From Bacteroidota bacterium (GTDB lineage Bacteria > Bacteroidota > Ignavibacteria > Kapaibacteriales > UBA2268), in the NCBI GenBank assembly GCA_024278075.1, contig JAJRTW010000129.1:7522-71521 (forward strand): DNA of 64,000 bases, written 5' to 3'. Of this stretch, positions 30,034 through 40,253 are shown piece by piece. Under the pieces are notes generated by a model. That model did no database searches. It worked only from the letters and a program-made list of their open reading frames with translations, and was not told where the DNA came from. A program made the position numbers and the translations under genes. Within the stretch, counting starts at the first letter, position 1; each line of letters begins with the position of its first letter.

Positions 30034-30106
30034 ATAGATACGTATAATCACAATAGATACGTATAATCACAATAGATACGTATAATCACAATAGATACGT
30101 ATAATC
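30034..30106. repeat. 19-bp tandem repeat ATAGATACGTATAATCACA x3.8 immediately upstream of gcvH
   Basis: Perfect copies ending 11 bp before the gcvH ATG. Confidence 0.8.
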
Positions 30107-30117
30107 TATGTAAATTA

Positions 30118-30510
30118 ATGGAGAAGAGAATGAATTTCCCAGTTGACCTTAAATATACCGAAGACCACGAGTGGGTTAGGGTAGAAGGGAATATAGGCAC
30201 TATCGGCATCACCGGCCACGCCCAGGGCGAACTTGGCGATATTGTCTATATTGATATTCCTGACGAATCTGCCGAATTGTCTCTGGGCGACAGCTTCGGA
30301 ACCATCGAAGCCGTCAAGACCGTTGCGGATCTTTTCTCGCCGCTGTCGGGGAAAATTATCGAGGTTAACACCGGGCTAAATGACAATCCGGAAGTAGCTA
30401 ATAATGACCCCTACGGTGATGGTTGGATTGTTAAAATCGAATTTACCAATCCCGCCGAATTAGATAAGCTTCTGGACGTGAATTCCTATAAAGAATTAAT
30501 TGGCCAGTAA
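30118..30510 (+). CDS. gcvH: Glycine cleavage system H protein
   Basis: Lipoyl-lysine motif GTIEAVKTVADLFSPLSG. Confidence 0.9.
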   Translation: MEKRMNFPVDLKYTEDHEWVRVEGNIGTIGITGHAQGELGDIVYIDIPDESAELSLGDSFGTIEAVKTVADLFSPLSGKIIEVNTGLNDNPEVANNDPYGDGWIVKIEFTNPAELDKLLDVNSYKELIGQ

Positions 30511-30600
30511 TTATCCGGTAATTATCCGGCAACTATCCGGCAACTATCCGGCAGCTATCCGTATTCGGCAATAATGAATTGGCAATAATGAATTGGCAAT
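30507..30600. repeat. Short tandem repeats (TAATTATCCGG x2, CAACTATCCGG x3, CAATAATGAATTGG x2) beginning in the gcvH stop codon
   Basis: gcvH ends ...GGC CAG TAA TTATCCGG, after which the 11-bp unit is reiterated. Confidence 0.75.
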
Positions 30601-30830
30601 AAGTAGTGATGTGTCAGGCATACTATGACGGTTCATTTAAGTTGTCATTCTGAACCCTTCGGCAGTCTATCCTGAGCCCTTCGGCTTCGCTCAGGATAAA
30701 CTATGTCGAAGGACTCAGGATAAACTCCGTGAAGAATCCAGTATTCAAAGGCTATTAGGATGTATCAAAATGGATTCCGGATCAAGTCCGGAATGACATA
30801 GTACAGTTGACACGTCAGTAGTATAAATCA
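30600..30830. mobile_element. MITE-like element (GTCATTCTGAAC…TATCCTGAGCCCTTCGGCTTCGCTCAGGATAAAC…GGATTCCGGATCAAGTCCGGAATGACATAGTACAGTTGACACGTCAG)
   Basis: Same hairpin modules as the other family members. Confidence 0.5.
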
Positions 30831-31116
30831 ATAAGTACTGTTAATCATTGCCGTAAATTATTTATAGCCAAGCCCAAACAGGATTTTATTCATCAAATAA
30901 TTCGTTTGCCCACGAGCTTAACCACGGGGCGGCCTAAATAGACAGGCGTCCATATAATAATATCATTTTTTACTTGAAATCGTAATAAACTATACCCTTA
31001 AAGGTATAGTTAATAAAGAGCTATGTAAATTATTTTTTTCAATTCAATTAGGAATTGATATAAGTAGCCATGAGTTTTAACTCGAGGGAAAAGCAATAAA
31101 ATCATTACTTCTGTTT

Positions 31117-31635
31117 CTATTCGTGTTCTATATTATCCGCAGGTGCAGATTCCACATTCGAGCTTACAACCGAAAGTATCCCGCTAACAATTACCCATTT
31201 ATTATTTTCCTTTTTTAATGTTCTGGAACCGCGAAGGTAATAATGCGTTGTTTCTCCATCGAATGTAAGGTGGCAAGGCACGCCAAAGATGATCGAAGCA
31301 AAAGTAGCATTGTCATCCATTTGGATCGACACATCGGATAGCTCGCCAAAGTCAATTCTTTCATACTGCTCCCATTGCTCTTTCATTTTGGTTTTGAATT
31401 CGGCAAAAGTCCTAATGATTTCGGACGAATCGGTTCCGAAGAATATTACTTCATCTGCTAAGGTTTCAACCATAGCCGAAAAATTCTTATCTTCCGAAGC
31501 GGTGTTGTATCGTTCGATAACACTCATTACCTGCTGCTTTTCCTGTTTAATTTGTTCTGGAGAAAGGAACTTTTGTTCCGGGTTGCAACTGGCAAAAAGC
31601 AAACAAATCAATAAAAATGGTAAGTATTTTTTCAT
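31117..31635 (-). CDS. Hypothetical lipoprotein, NTF2/SnoaL-like (DUF4440-like) fold suspected
   Basis: Lipobox LFASC. Weak similarity only. Confidence 0.35.
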   Translation of the reverse strand: MKKYLPFLLICLLFASCNPEQKFLSPEQIKQEKQQVMSVIERYNTASEDKNFSAMVETLADEVIFFGTDSSEIIRTFAEFKTKMKEQWEQYERIDFGELSDVSIQMDDNATFASIIFGVPCHLTFDGETTHYYLRGSRTLKKENNKWVIVSGILSVVSSNVESAPADNIEHE

Positions 31636-31810
31636 ACGGCCCCCAAAGGAAAATAGGTTATAACAATATTATTGAATATGATGAAATTGGCTATTCGGTA
31701 ATAAAAAGGGTCAGATATTGGTATATAAATTGCATTAATGAATAAACCAATATCATTGATTAATTGTAATTTAAAACATTCTTGTCATTAATACAAATCA
31801 GAGATAAAAA

Positions 31811-32188
31811 ATGAATATTACCGAAATCAGGGACAGCGGCTCTAAACCGTATGATTTATCACTATTTGACGCAATTCAGTCTGAATCAATTAAAACAACA
31901 GAACCTGTGAAAAAGGAATCTAAGCCCGTGGCTTCCACTTCGTGGCAGAAAAAAATACTCCTCGATGCCCTTGATAAGCTGGAGAATAATATTCAGCTGG
32001 ATGATAGTAACCCGCTGGATAAACTTAACAACACCCCCATCGAAAGCTACGAGGAAGCATTGATTGAGTTAAGTTTTATCAAATCGCCATTCTTTAACAA
32101 GCATGCATCCCAGGCCCAGGCGAACATAAATGCCAATGATGTCATGTATCTATTTGCAAATGAAGAAAATCTCCTCGACATTAAATAA
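31811..32188 (+). CDS. Hypothetical protein
   Basis: ORF only. Acidic, with no motifs. Confidence 0.3.
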   Translation: MNITEIRDSGSKPYDLSLFDAIQSESIKTTEPVKKESKPVASTSWQKKILLDALDKLENNIQLDDSNPLDKLNNTPIESYEEALIELSFIKSPFFNKHASQAQANINANDVMYLFANEENLLDIK

Positions 32189-32470
32189 TTATTTGCTAAT
32201 TCTAAATATTAATAATCCCTGCCCGCAGTTGTTTTATCCTGTTCGGCGATGCAATTAATATCCGGTGAACCGGCAATATTCAATCAGATGTTGCCGGCGG
32301 ATTCGGCACGCAAGATAATGTTGCGGGTGCATTTGTTACCCATGAATTATTCATGCCAAAAACCTTGAGTTAATTTCGCATAGCATACAATAATTGAGAG
32401 GATTGAACGATTCCCACCTTTAGTATATAATTAAAGAAGTAGCTAATCAACAAAAACAATCCGGCATTTG

Positions 32471-33867
32471 ATGTTTTCTTCTATCAAAAAATTCATTTCG
32501 TAGGTATCGGCGGTATAGGAATGTCAGGGATAGCAGAAATACTGCTGAACCAGGGATTCGATGTAACCGGCTCCGATATTTGCAGTTCCGGTGTAACGGA
32601 CAACCTCGAGCAAAAGGGAGCTATCGTATATATCGGCCACAGGCCGAAAAATGTTAAGGATGCCGAATGTGTGGTCTATTCCAGCGCTGTGAACCCGGCT
32701 GAAAATGTGGAGACAAAAGCTGCGGTTGCAAGGTCAATTCCATTGATTAGAAGAGCTGAAATGCTTGCCGAAGTGTCGCGGCTGAACTATTGCCTGGCGA
32801 TCTCGGGCACACACGGCAAAACCACCACCACGTCTATGCTTGGCCTGATTATGATTGAAGCCGGAATTGACCCTACGGTCATTGTTGGCGGCAGGCTAAA
32901 GGATTTTGGAGGGACTAATGCACGCTTGGGCAATGGAAAGTGGACGGTGGTAGAAGCCGATGAATACGACAGGTCTTTTTTGCAGCTTGCGCCAACAATA
33001 GCTGTAGTCAACAATATAGAGCCGGAACATCTTGATATATACGATGATTTCGACGACCTGAAAAACTCGTTCTCCCTTTTTGCCAATAAAGTACCTTTCT
33101 ATGGCATTGCCATACTTGGGGCGGATTGTCCGGGCGTTTGCGATATTATTTCCGGTATAAATAAAAGAGTTATAACTTTCGGTTTGGCCAAGGGGAGTGA
33201 CATCAGAGCCGATTCGATAACTTATGACGGCAGAATGTCTTCGTTTGCGGTATTCGAAAAAGCAGGCGGGAAGGAACAATATCTGGGTGAAATATCCATT
33301 AATGTACCTGGCAGTTATAATATTAAAAATGCTCTGGCGGCGGTTGCGGCAGCAAGAAGCATGGACATCGAATTCAATATTATTAAGTCCGCTTTGTCGG
33401 ATTTTGAAGGTGTCTATCGCCGGTTCGACATCAGGGGGGAGAAAAACGGAGTGTTAGTGGTAGATGATTATGCCCATCATCCGTCGGAGATCCGTGAAAC
33501 TCTTCGTGCTGCTAAAATTGGTTGGGGGAGAAGAATTATCTGTGTTTTCCAACCGCATACGTTTACTCGCACAAAGGAATTCTACAAGGAATTCGGAGAA
33601 TCATTCGCCGATGCAGACCTGATATGTATTACCGACATATTTCCCGCACGTGAGAAACCAATCGAAGGTGTGAACGGAGAGCTTATTTGGGACTCGGTTA
33701 TCAAAGCTGGCAATGACAAAGTAACTTATTGTAAAAACATTAATGATATATTTGATACTCTAAAAGCGGTAATGCGGAAAGGAGACATGGTTATTACCCT
33801 CGGCGCCGGAAATATTTGTAATGTAGCCGATGAAATCATGGAAAACGACTGGAAAATTTTAAATTGA
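32471..33867 (+). CDS. murC: UDP-N-acetylmuramate--L-alanine ligase; needs +1 A in the A6 run at 32486-32491 to join MFSSIKK to IHFVGIGGIGMSG
   Basis: The Rossmann motif HFVGIGGIGMSGIAE lies upstream of the six-frame ORF start, in a frame with no start codon. ATG 32471 is one frame off and meets it at the A-run. Downstream MurC motifs ISGTHGKTTTTSM and DDYAHHPSEI are present. Confidence 0.75.
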
Positions 33868-34066
33868 ATCGAATTTCTTTTCGAATTTATTCTCCAACTT
33901 TAGGTAATTTGATTATCCGGATGGGAACGAAATGAAATTTAGTAATCAACAACCCCGCAGCAGGCAAATGGGTATGTATCTGAGATAATATACCTGTTTC
34001 CGGCGCAAACCTCGGGGGAATAAAACCAAATAAGTAGGATTTAATAATTAATCAGGAAAACAAATA

Positions 34067-36097
34067 ATGAGAAAAACCTTTATGTTCACGGGGATAATGA
34101 TTTTTTCATTTTTTATTTTTAGTAAATGTTCGATATTCAATGTCGAGAACGAATCTACTGTGGTTGCCACTGTGGGCAGCGAAAAGATAACATTTGAAAA
34201 TTTGGAAAAGGCATTCCAAAAGAATATGAACCGCCGGCAGACAAAGCTCAAAGAGGTTTCGCAGGACAGTGTACTGGACTTTCTTGACCTTTATATAAAA
34301 TACCGCCTGAAGGTCAACGATGCAGTGAAAAGAGGATTCGAGAATGATTCTTCGGTTGTTGCCGACCTGGCGCAAAACAGGAAGCTGCTGGCCGAGAATT
34401 ATTACTACGAAAACAAGTTAATTGCTCCGGGAATCGAAGAACTATTGAACAAGCGGTCAAGGGAATTAAAAATTGCTATCATATTAGTGTCGAATAAGAA
34501 AGGTGTTGTTGGCGGGGCAGAGGAATCCGGGAAGAAAGCCGAAGAAGCATTGGAGAAAATTAAAGCCGGTGCTGATTTTTCGGAAATAGCAAAAGAATAT
34601 TCAAGCGACCCGCGAACAGCGGAATCCGGCGGGGTCATCAATAATTACATCACAGCCGGGAAAGTAAACTATGAAATAGAAAAAGTGATTTATGCCGCCA
34701 AACCAGGCGAAGTATGGCCGGAAGTAGTTGACTTAGGCTTTGGGTCGTTAATTGTTAAAGTATTGGAAAACGTCCCGCGGATAAAAGTAAAAGCCAGCCA
34801 CATATTAATATCTACCGGATCGGAAAGCGATTCTTTATTAAACATTCAGGAGGCCGACAGCATAATAACACTATTAAAAGCCGGCGATGATTTCAATAAG
34901 CTTGCCGAGGATAATTCGGACGACCCCTCGAGTGCTATGCGAGGCGGGCAGCTTTCGAGCTTCTATTCCCGCTCCTCGGGGTTCGACGATTCCGGCGCTC
35001 CGGTAGTGACAGAATTTGAAGAAGCGATGTTCGCCATGAAAGACGGAGAAATTTCGGGCAAAGTGTTTACTGATTATGGCATACACATAATTCGCCGTGA
35101 TTCCACAAGAGCCTTCGACCCGGAAGCCGAACGTGAGGAAATGAGGAAGGTGTATAAGAGGTTATACCTGAAAAAAGCTAAGGAGAAATTATTGGATTCT
35201 TTGGCAAAATCCTATGGATTTAAGCTGTATGACAATACTCTAACGGCGCTGACTTCGGCGATTGATACTACCAAAACGAATCTGGACTCGGCATGGACAT
35301 CTAAAATCGATAATAATTTAGCATCGCAACAGCTATATATGATTTTCAATAAAAGCTATACCGTTCAGGATTTCGTAAAAAAATCGATAAACGACAACGG
35401 ATTACGCGGCCAAAGCCTGAACGAAAAGGGCATAAGGGCGACCATTGACAAAATTATTAAGCCGATGGTTTTTGATGAGGCAACCCGAAATCTTGAGAAT
35501 GAGAATGAAGATTTTGCTTCTTTGATGAATGAATTCCACGACGGGATTTTGCTTTTCAGAGTGGAAGCCCTTGAGGTGTGGGACAAACTTGGGTTCGACT
35601 CCACTTTGGCTCGGGAGTATTGGGAGCAAAGAAAAGAGAATTATGTTATCGATGACCGGTACTCTGTTATTGAAATCTACGTACTGACTGATTCAATGGC
35701 TAATGCTATTTATGACAGAGCCATGAAGGGCGAGGAATTCAGCAAGCTGGCCGCCGAATCTACTATGCGTGACGGATACAGGGAAAAGCAAGGCAATTGG
35801 GGGATAGTCCATGCCGGCAACAATGCTCTGGCCCAAAATGCAAAAGCAGCCGATGCCACGGCTGGAGCGATACTGAAGCCTTTCAAAAATGGCAAGGGGT
35901 GGTCTATCATCAAAGTAGTGTCAAAAGAACCCAATATTGTTAAAACGTTTGAACAGGCAATCCCCGATTTCGCTGCTGAGTTTCAGGATATGATGCAGAA
36001 AAAATTAACTAAACAGTGGCTCGATAGAGTTAAGAATGATTTCCCGGTAGAAATATATAAGGAAAAGTTATTGGATATGATTGATAATAGTAATTAA
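34067..36097 (+). CDS. Periplasmic parvulin-type peptidyl-prolyl isomerase, PpiD/SurA-like (two rotamase domains)
   Basis: SurA_N-like N-terminus, PPIC domains (ASHILIS...; FTDYGIHIIRR). Confidence 0.7.
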   Translation: MRKTFMFTGIMIFSFFIFSKCSIFNVENESTVVATVGSEKITFENLEKAFQKNMNRRQTKLKEVSQDSVLDFLDLYIKYRLKVNDAVKRGFENDSSVVADLAQNRKLLAENYYYENKLIAPGIEELLNKRSRELKIAIILVSNKKGVVGGAEESGKKAEEALEKIKAGADFSEIAKEYSSDPRTAESGGVINNYITAGKVNYEIEKVIYAAKPGEVWPEVVDLGFGSLIVKVLENVPRIKVKASHILISTGSESDSLLNIQEADSIITLLKAGDDFNKLAEDNSDDPSSAMRGGQLSSFYSRSSGFDDSGAPVVTEFEEAMFAMKDGEISGKVFTDYGIHIIRRDSTRAFDPEAEREEMRKVYKRLYLKKAKEKLLDSLAKSYGFKLYDNTLTALTSAIDTTKTNLDSAWTSKIDNNLASQQLYMIFNKSYTVQDFVKKSINDNGLRGQSLNEKGIRATIDKIIKPMVFDEATRNLENENEDFASLMNEFHDGILLFRVEALEVWDKLGFDSTLAREYWEQRKENYVIDDRYSVIEIYVLTDSMANAIYDRAMKGEEFSKLAAESTMRDGYREKQGNWGIVHAGNNALAQNAKAADATAGAILKPFKNGKGWSIIKVVSKEPNIVKTFEQAIPDFAAEFQDMMQKKLTKQWLDRVKNDFPVEIYKEKLLDMIDNSN

Positions 36098-36199
36098 TCG
36101 TATCGATTTCTTAACTGTAGCAATATATAATTGAAACAATATTGGTAATTGTTAGTCTATATATTATACGCACTAACCGGAATAACCAAGAAGAAATAA

Positions 36200-37513
36200 A
36201 TGACATTCAAAACGCCAAATATCTTCAAAGCCATCTGCTTAATAATGGTTTTATTTTACTCTGATTCTGGCATAATCTATAGCCAAGTCGAATCGGGCCA
36301 AACTCTTGACAAGATTGTTGCCGTTGTGGGCAAGCAAATCATTATGCAGTCCGACATAGATGCGCGAATTACGCTAATGGCCCAGCAAGATACATCGCTC
36401 GATATTCAAGATGCTGAAATCAGAAAGCAGGTATTGGATGCTTTTATCAACGAGAAATTAATAATCACTAAGGCGATTGAGGATTCGGTGGAAGTAACCG
36501 AAGAAGAAGTTGACCAGCGGCTGGAAATCGTATTGCAGGATTTGGTGCGACGGTATGGATCGGAGAAAAGAATCGAAGACATCTACGGCCTGTCGATTGC
36601 CAGGTTAAAATTTGAGTACCGCGATGAGATAAAGAAATCATTGCTATCGCAGAAAATCGGGCAGATTAAATTTTCTAATGTTAAATGCTCGCCCCAGGAA
36701 GTAGAGGGGTTTTTCAAGGAATATCAGGATTCTCTTCAAATGGTGCCGCCGCAAGTGGAAGTATGCCATATTGTCAAATATGTAAAACCGGAGGAATCTG
36801 CCAAGAAGAAGGCCATCGATTTGGCTAATAAGGTTCGGGATTCGATATTGGATGGCGGCGACTTTGCTGAATTTGCCCGAAGATACAGCGGAGACCCGGG
36901 CTCGGCGGCTGATGGCGGGAACTTAGGCTGGTTCGACAAAGGAAGCCTGTTCCCCGAATTCGAAAAAGCTGCATTTGCACTTCAGGTGGGCGAAACCTCT
37001 CTTCCCGTTGGAACACCTTTTGGCTACCACCTTATCCAGACAATCGACAAGAAAAAGGACGCCTTGCTGACAAGGCATATTCTATTCAGGTTTGAGCAAT
37101 CCAACGATGAGAAAGAGAAGGTAAAGCAGGAATTATTGGAATTAAAGAAGCGGGCGGAAAGTGGGGAATCTTTTGAAGAATTGGCCAAAGAATACTCCGA
37201 CGACAAAGATACACGCGGTTTTGGTGGGTTGATCGGCAAATTGGATAAAGAGAATCTGCCCGTCAATATTGCAACAGCTGTTAAGGATTTGAAGGAAGGA
37301 TGTATTTGCGATCCGGTGCCGTATGGGAATGATCCAACAAAACCCGGGTTTAATATTGTGTATCTTAAAAAGATTTACCCGGAGCATAAGCCCACATTGG
37401 ATGAGGATTATAAGCAAATAGAGCAAATAGCTGCCATGCAGAAGCGACAAAAACTATACTTGAAATGGATAGAGGAATTAAGAAAAGAGATGTATTGGGA
37501 AATTAAGGAATAA
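36200..37513 (+). CDS. SurA-like chaperone / parvulin PPIase
   Basis: Signal peptide, SurA N-domain and parvulin motifs (TPFGYHLIQ). Confidence 0.7.
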   Translation: MTFKTPNIFKAICLIMVLFYSDSGIIYSQVESGQTLDKIVAVVGKQIIMQSDIDARITLMAQQDTSLDIQDAEIRKQVLDAFINEKLIITKAIEDSVEVTEEEVDQRLEIVLQDLVRRYGSEKRIEDIYGLSIARLKFEYRDEIKKSLLSQKIGQIKFSNVKCSPQEVEGFFKEYQDSLQMVPPQVEVCHIVKYVKPEESAKKKAIDLANKVRDSILDGGDFAEFARRYSGDPGSAADGGNLGWFDKGSLFPEFEKAAFALQVGETSLPVGTPFGYHLIQTIDKKKDALLTRHILFRFEQSNDEKEKVKQELLELKKRAESGESFEELAKEYSDDKDTRGFGGLIGKLDKENLPVNIATAVKDLKEGCICDPVPYGNDPTKPGFNIVYLKKIYPEHKPTLDEDYKQIEQIAAMQKRQKLYLKWIEELRKEMYWEIKE

Positions 37514-37668
37514 GATTGGCCGATATGATTGCATCCCCTTCAAGTCAGGTGTAACACCTGGCTTGACATTGAAAATGTGAGGTTACAAGTTCCTTTGAGG
37601 AGCTTTTTTCTTATTATAATACGCCAACAGAATAAAGCAGCAAAAGATTAGGAAGACTACAGGCAGCT

Positions 37669-38958
37669 ATGCAGCGAAACAGATTAAAAAAATTCCGTAG
37701 TGGTGATAATATCAACAGGGAATCAGACAGCCGGTTGATTTTCAATAAAACAGTTATATCCAACGGGATTCGGGTAATTACCGAAGAAGTTCCCAATGTG
37801 GAATCATTTGCTCTCGGTATATTCATCAATGCCGGTTCGCGAGAGGACCTCCACCACCCCGGGATTGCGCATTTTCTTGAGCATGCCGCCTTCAGGCATA
37901 CCCGCAGCCGCACTTCCAGGCAAATTGCGTCGCAATTCGAATCCATCGGGGCGTATACCAATGCCTACACTTCTAAGGAATACACTTGCTTCTATGTTCG
38001 GGCATTGAAAAAGAATTTCAGGAAATCGCTTGAGCTTCTGATCGATGTATGCCTGAACCCCGCACTTGCCGAACGGGATATTGAGAAGGAAAGGCCTATT
38101 CTGATCGAAGAGATTAATTCTTATGATGATGATGCTGAGGACCAGATTTTTGATTTGGCGGACAGCGTGATGTTCCCCGGGCATCCGTTGGGCAATGTCA
38201 TAACCGGCGACAAGCAATCGGTATCGAGAATATCGCAGGCCGACATTGTTGATTTTAAGAACAGCCATTATCACCCCGAAAATATTTTGATAGCTGTTGC
38301 AGGGAATCTGCCGCATTCGAGAATTAATAGTCTTGTGGAAGGATTTACTGCTGATATTCAGGCGGTTTCCAATGATTATCAGAGAAGCTGGCCCGGCGCT
38401 GTTGCACCCTCAAACCTGAGTATTAATAAGCCAATTCAGCAATCGCACTTCCTGCTTGGCAAACGAATTGGCGGCATTGATGACGGCGAAAGGTATCCAC
38501 TGGCATTGATTAATGTACTTTTTGGCGATGGCATGAGTTCGCGGCTGTATCAATCCCTGAGGGAGAAGAACGGCCTTGCCTATAATATTTATTCTTCGAT
38601 TCATCTGTATTCCGATTGCGGGACTTTTTATATTTATGCCGGTTTCGACAGAGCTAAAAAAACGAAAATTGAAAGGCTAATATATCGTGAAATTGAAAAG
38701 CTCGGTAAATTGAAATTGACTAAAGTGGAAATTGCAAGGGCAAAGGAGCAGCTCAAATCCGGTATAATTATGGAAATGGAGGGCCTGGCCGAAAGGATGG
38801 CTTCGCTGGCCAAAAGTGAATTCTACCTCGGCAAAAGGGAGGAGGTCTCCGAGATTCTCGATAATATTGACGCTATTTCAAACGATGAACTCAACGAAAT
38901 CATCTCGAAATATTTTACCTCGGACGGATGGTCGGAAGTGAGTATAATGCCTGAGTAA
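37669..38958 (+). CDS. Peptidase M16 (insulinase/pitrilysin family)
   Basis: Inverted zinc motif HFLEHAAF (HxxEH). Confidence 0.8.
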   Translation: MQRNRLKKFRSGDNINRESDSRLIFNKTVISNGIRVITEEVPNVESFALGIFINAGSREDLHHPGIAHFLEHAAFRHTRSRTSRQIASQFESIGAYTNAYTSKEYTCFYVRALKKNFRKSLELLIDVCLNPALAERDIEKERPILIEEINSYDDDAEDQIFDLADSVMFPGHPLGNVITGDKQSVSRISQADIVDFKNSHYHPENILIAVAGNLPHSRINSLVEGFTADIQAVSNDYQRSWPGAVAPSNLSINKPIQQSHFLLGKRIGGIDDGERYPLALINVLFGDGMSSRLYQSLREKNGLAYNIYSSIHLYSDCGTFYIYAGFDRAKKTKIERLIYREIEKLGKLKLTKVEIARAKEQLKSGIIMEMEGLAERMASLAKSEFYLGKREEVSEILDNIDAISNDELNEIISKYFTSDGWSEVSIMPE

Positions 38959-39018
38959 AGAAAGCCCCGGCAAAGATGGATTGTTTTTTTCATTTTGACA
39001 TTATATTTTCTCCGGCTA

Positions 39019-39528
39019 TTAATAGTTATATATCATCGTAGTATCGAAAATAACGCTGTATTTTTCTTCTAATCTCGGTATTAATAGCCAGTTATTTCTT
39101 ACTATCAATATTTCTTCTATACCTGTGATAGAAATGTCAATATTATAAAAATACTTTTCCTCGGCATCATTTCTATAAACGCTACGTTTTATCTCACTGG
39201 GACCAGTTTTTGTAACAAAACCAATTAAAGTATGATCATTAAAATCTATTTCAGGCAGTTCATAGTCAGGACAGTCAAAATATTGCCATCGAATATCAAG
39301 CAATTTGTTATATTCATTGGTATTCCTTATTACGTAATTTTCTGCTATTTTGTCTCCATCCATGCATTCAATATTAATGGACATAGTATCCGTTACCTCC
39401 ACCCAATTCTTATCATTCAGAATTGTATTGATGTCGATATCTTGCGTATATTCCGTCGCTTGCTCATCGCCGCAGGCGACAGCAGCAATAATGAATATTG
39501 CAAATATTAAACTTGTGAGTGATTTCAT
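39019..39528 (-). CDS. Hypothetical lipoprotein, paralogue A (tandem pair)
   Basis: MKSLTSLIFAIFIIAAVACGDE lipobox. The N-terminus is nearly identical to that of the neighbouring gene. Confidence 0.45.
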   Translation of the reverse strand: MKSLTSLIFAIFIIAAVACGDEQATEYTQDIDINTILNDKNWVEVTDTMSINIECMDGDKIAENYVIRNTNEYNKLLDIRWQYFDCPDYELPEIDFNDHTLIGFVTKTGPSEIKRSVYRNDAEEKYFYNIDISITGIEEILIVRNNWLLIPRLEEKYSVIFDTTMIYNY

Positions 39529-39596
39529 TTTCCGCTGAACCAATTCAAAAACACATAAATAAGTTTTCATTACAACACCTAACATTTTCGATAATG

Positions 39597-40118
39597 CTAA
39601 TTATTAAATAAACTTCTTAAGGAATAATCAAAATCCTTAAAATTTTCCGGATACTTACCAGTTCCATTTGAAGGATTAATATTAACTTTTTTAAGTGTAT
39701 CAGCCTTATCACTTCTCCAACTTAAAGTTTCAAAGGATGATAACGACATAGGTGGTACAGTTGTATCAATATCCCATGGAATAGTTGAAGGATAATCAAT
39801 AAAATTAATTCTAATAAAAATACTATCTAAAGAATTTAAAAAATCTTTGCTAACTTTAGTTTCTTCAATAAAACGATAATCTTCAATTACTCTGCCACTT
39901 CCATAAAGTCGATGGTATAATTTAAACTTACCGGAAAACTCAATGACTCTTTTAATCATTGTTATATCATTTTCTTCATATACATCTTGAAAACCCCCGA
40001 ATTCATAAATATATTTTATTTCTTCTTGGTTAACTGTATTAATTACATTTTTATCATCGCCGCAGGCGATTGCAGCAATTAATAATATTGCAAATATTAA
40101 ACTTGTGAGCGGCTTCAT
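39597..40118 (-). CDS. Hypothetical lipoprotein, paralogue B (tandem pair)
   Basis: MKPLTSLIFAILLIAAIACGDDK lipobox. Confidence 0.45.
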   Translation of the reverse strand: MKPLTSLIFAILLIAAIACGDDKNVINTVNQEEIKYIYEFGGFQDVYEENDITMIKRVIEFSGKFKLYHRLYGSGRVIEDYRFIEETKVSKDFLNSLDSIFIRINFIDYPSTIPWDIDTTVPPMSLSSFETLSWRSDKADTLKKVNINPSNGTGKYPENFKDFDYSLRSLFNN

Positions 40119-40214
40119 TTTTCTTTCTCCTCTATTCATTATAATAAATTAGTTTCGGATGAAAACAAAAACTCCCGAATCTATAATAGGCCTGGGAGTG
40201 TAAATATAACAAAC

Positions 40215-40238
40215 AACAGGGGGCTTCAGCCCCTTGTT
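40215..40238 (-). terminator. Hairpin AACAGGGGGC-TTCA-GCCCCTTGTT 3' of the 918-aa gene (probable intrinsic terminator)
   Basis: 10-bp GC-rich stem. On the minus strand it is followed by a U-rich GUUUGUUAUAUUU. Confidence 0.45.
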
Positions 40239-40253
40239 CATAACATGATTTGT

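Noticed and set aside
24953-30600. Possible CRISPR arrays (several short tandem repeats)
   Set aside because: Units are contiguous with no unique spacers. Periods are 11-19 bp and there are no cas genes. These are minisatellites.
37536-37575. Possible tRNA or ncRNA after the SurA-like gene
   Set aside because: It is a single hairpin (TCAAGTCAGGTG-TAA-CACCTGGCTTGA) with no cloverleaf. It is most simply a terminator-like stem.
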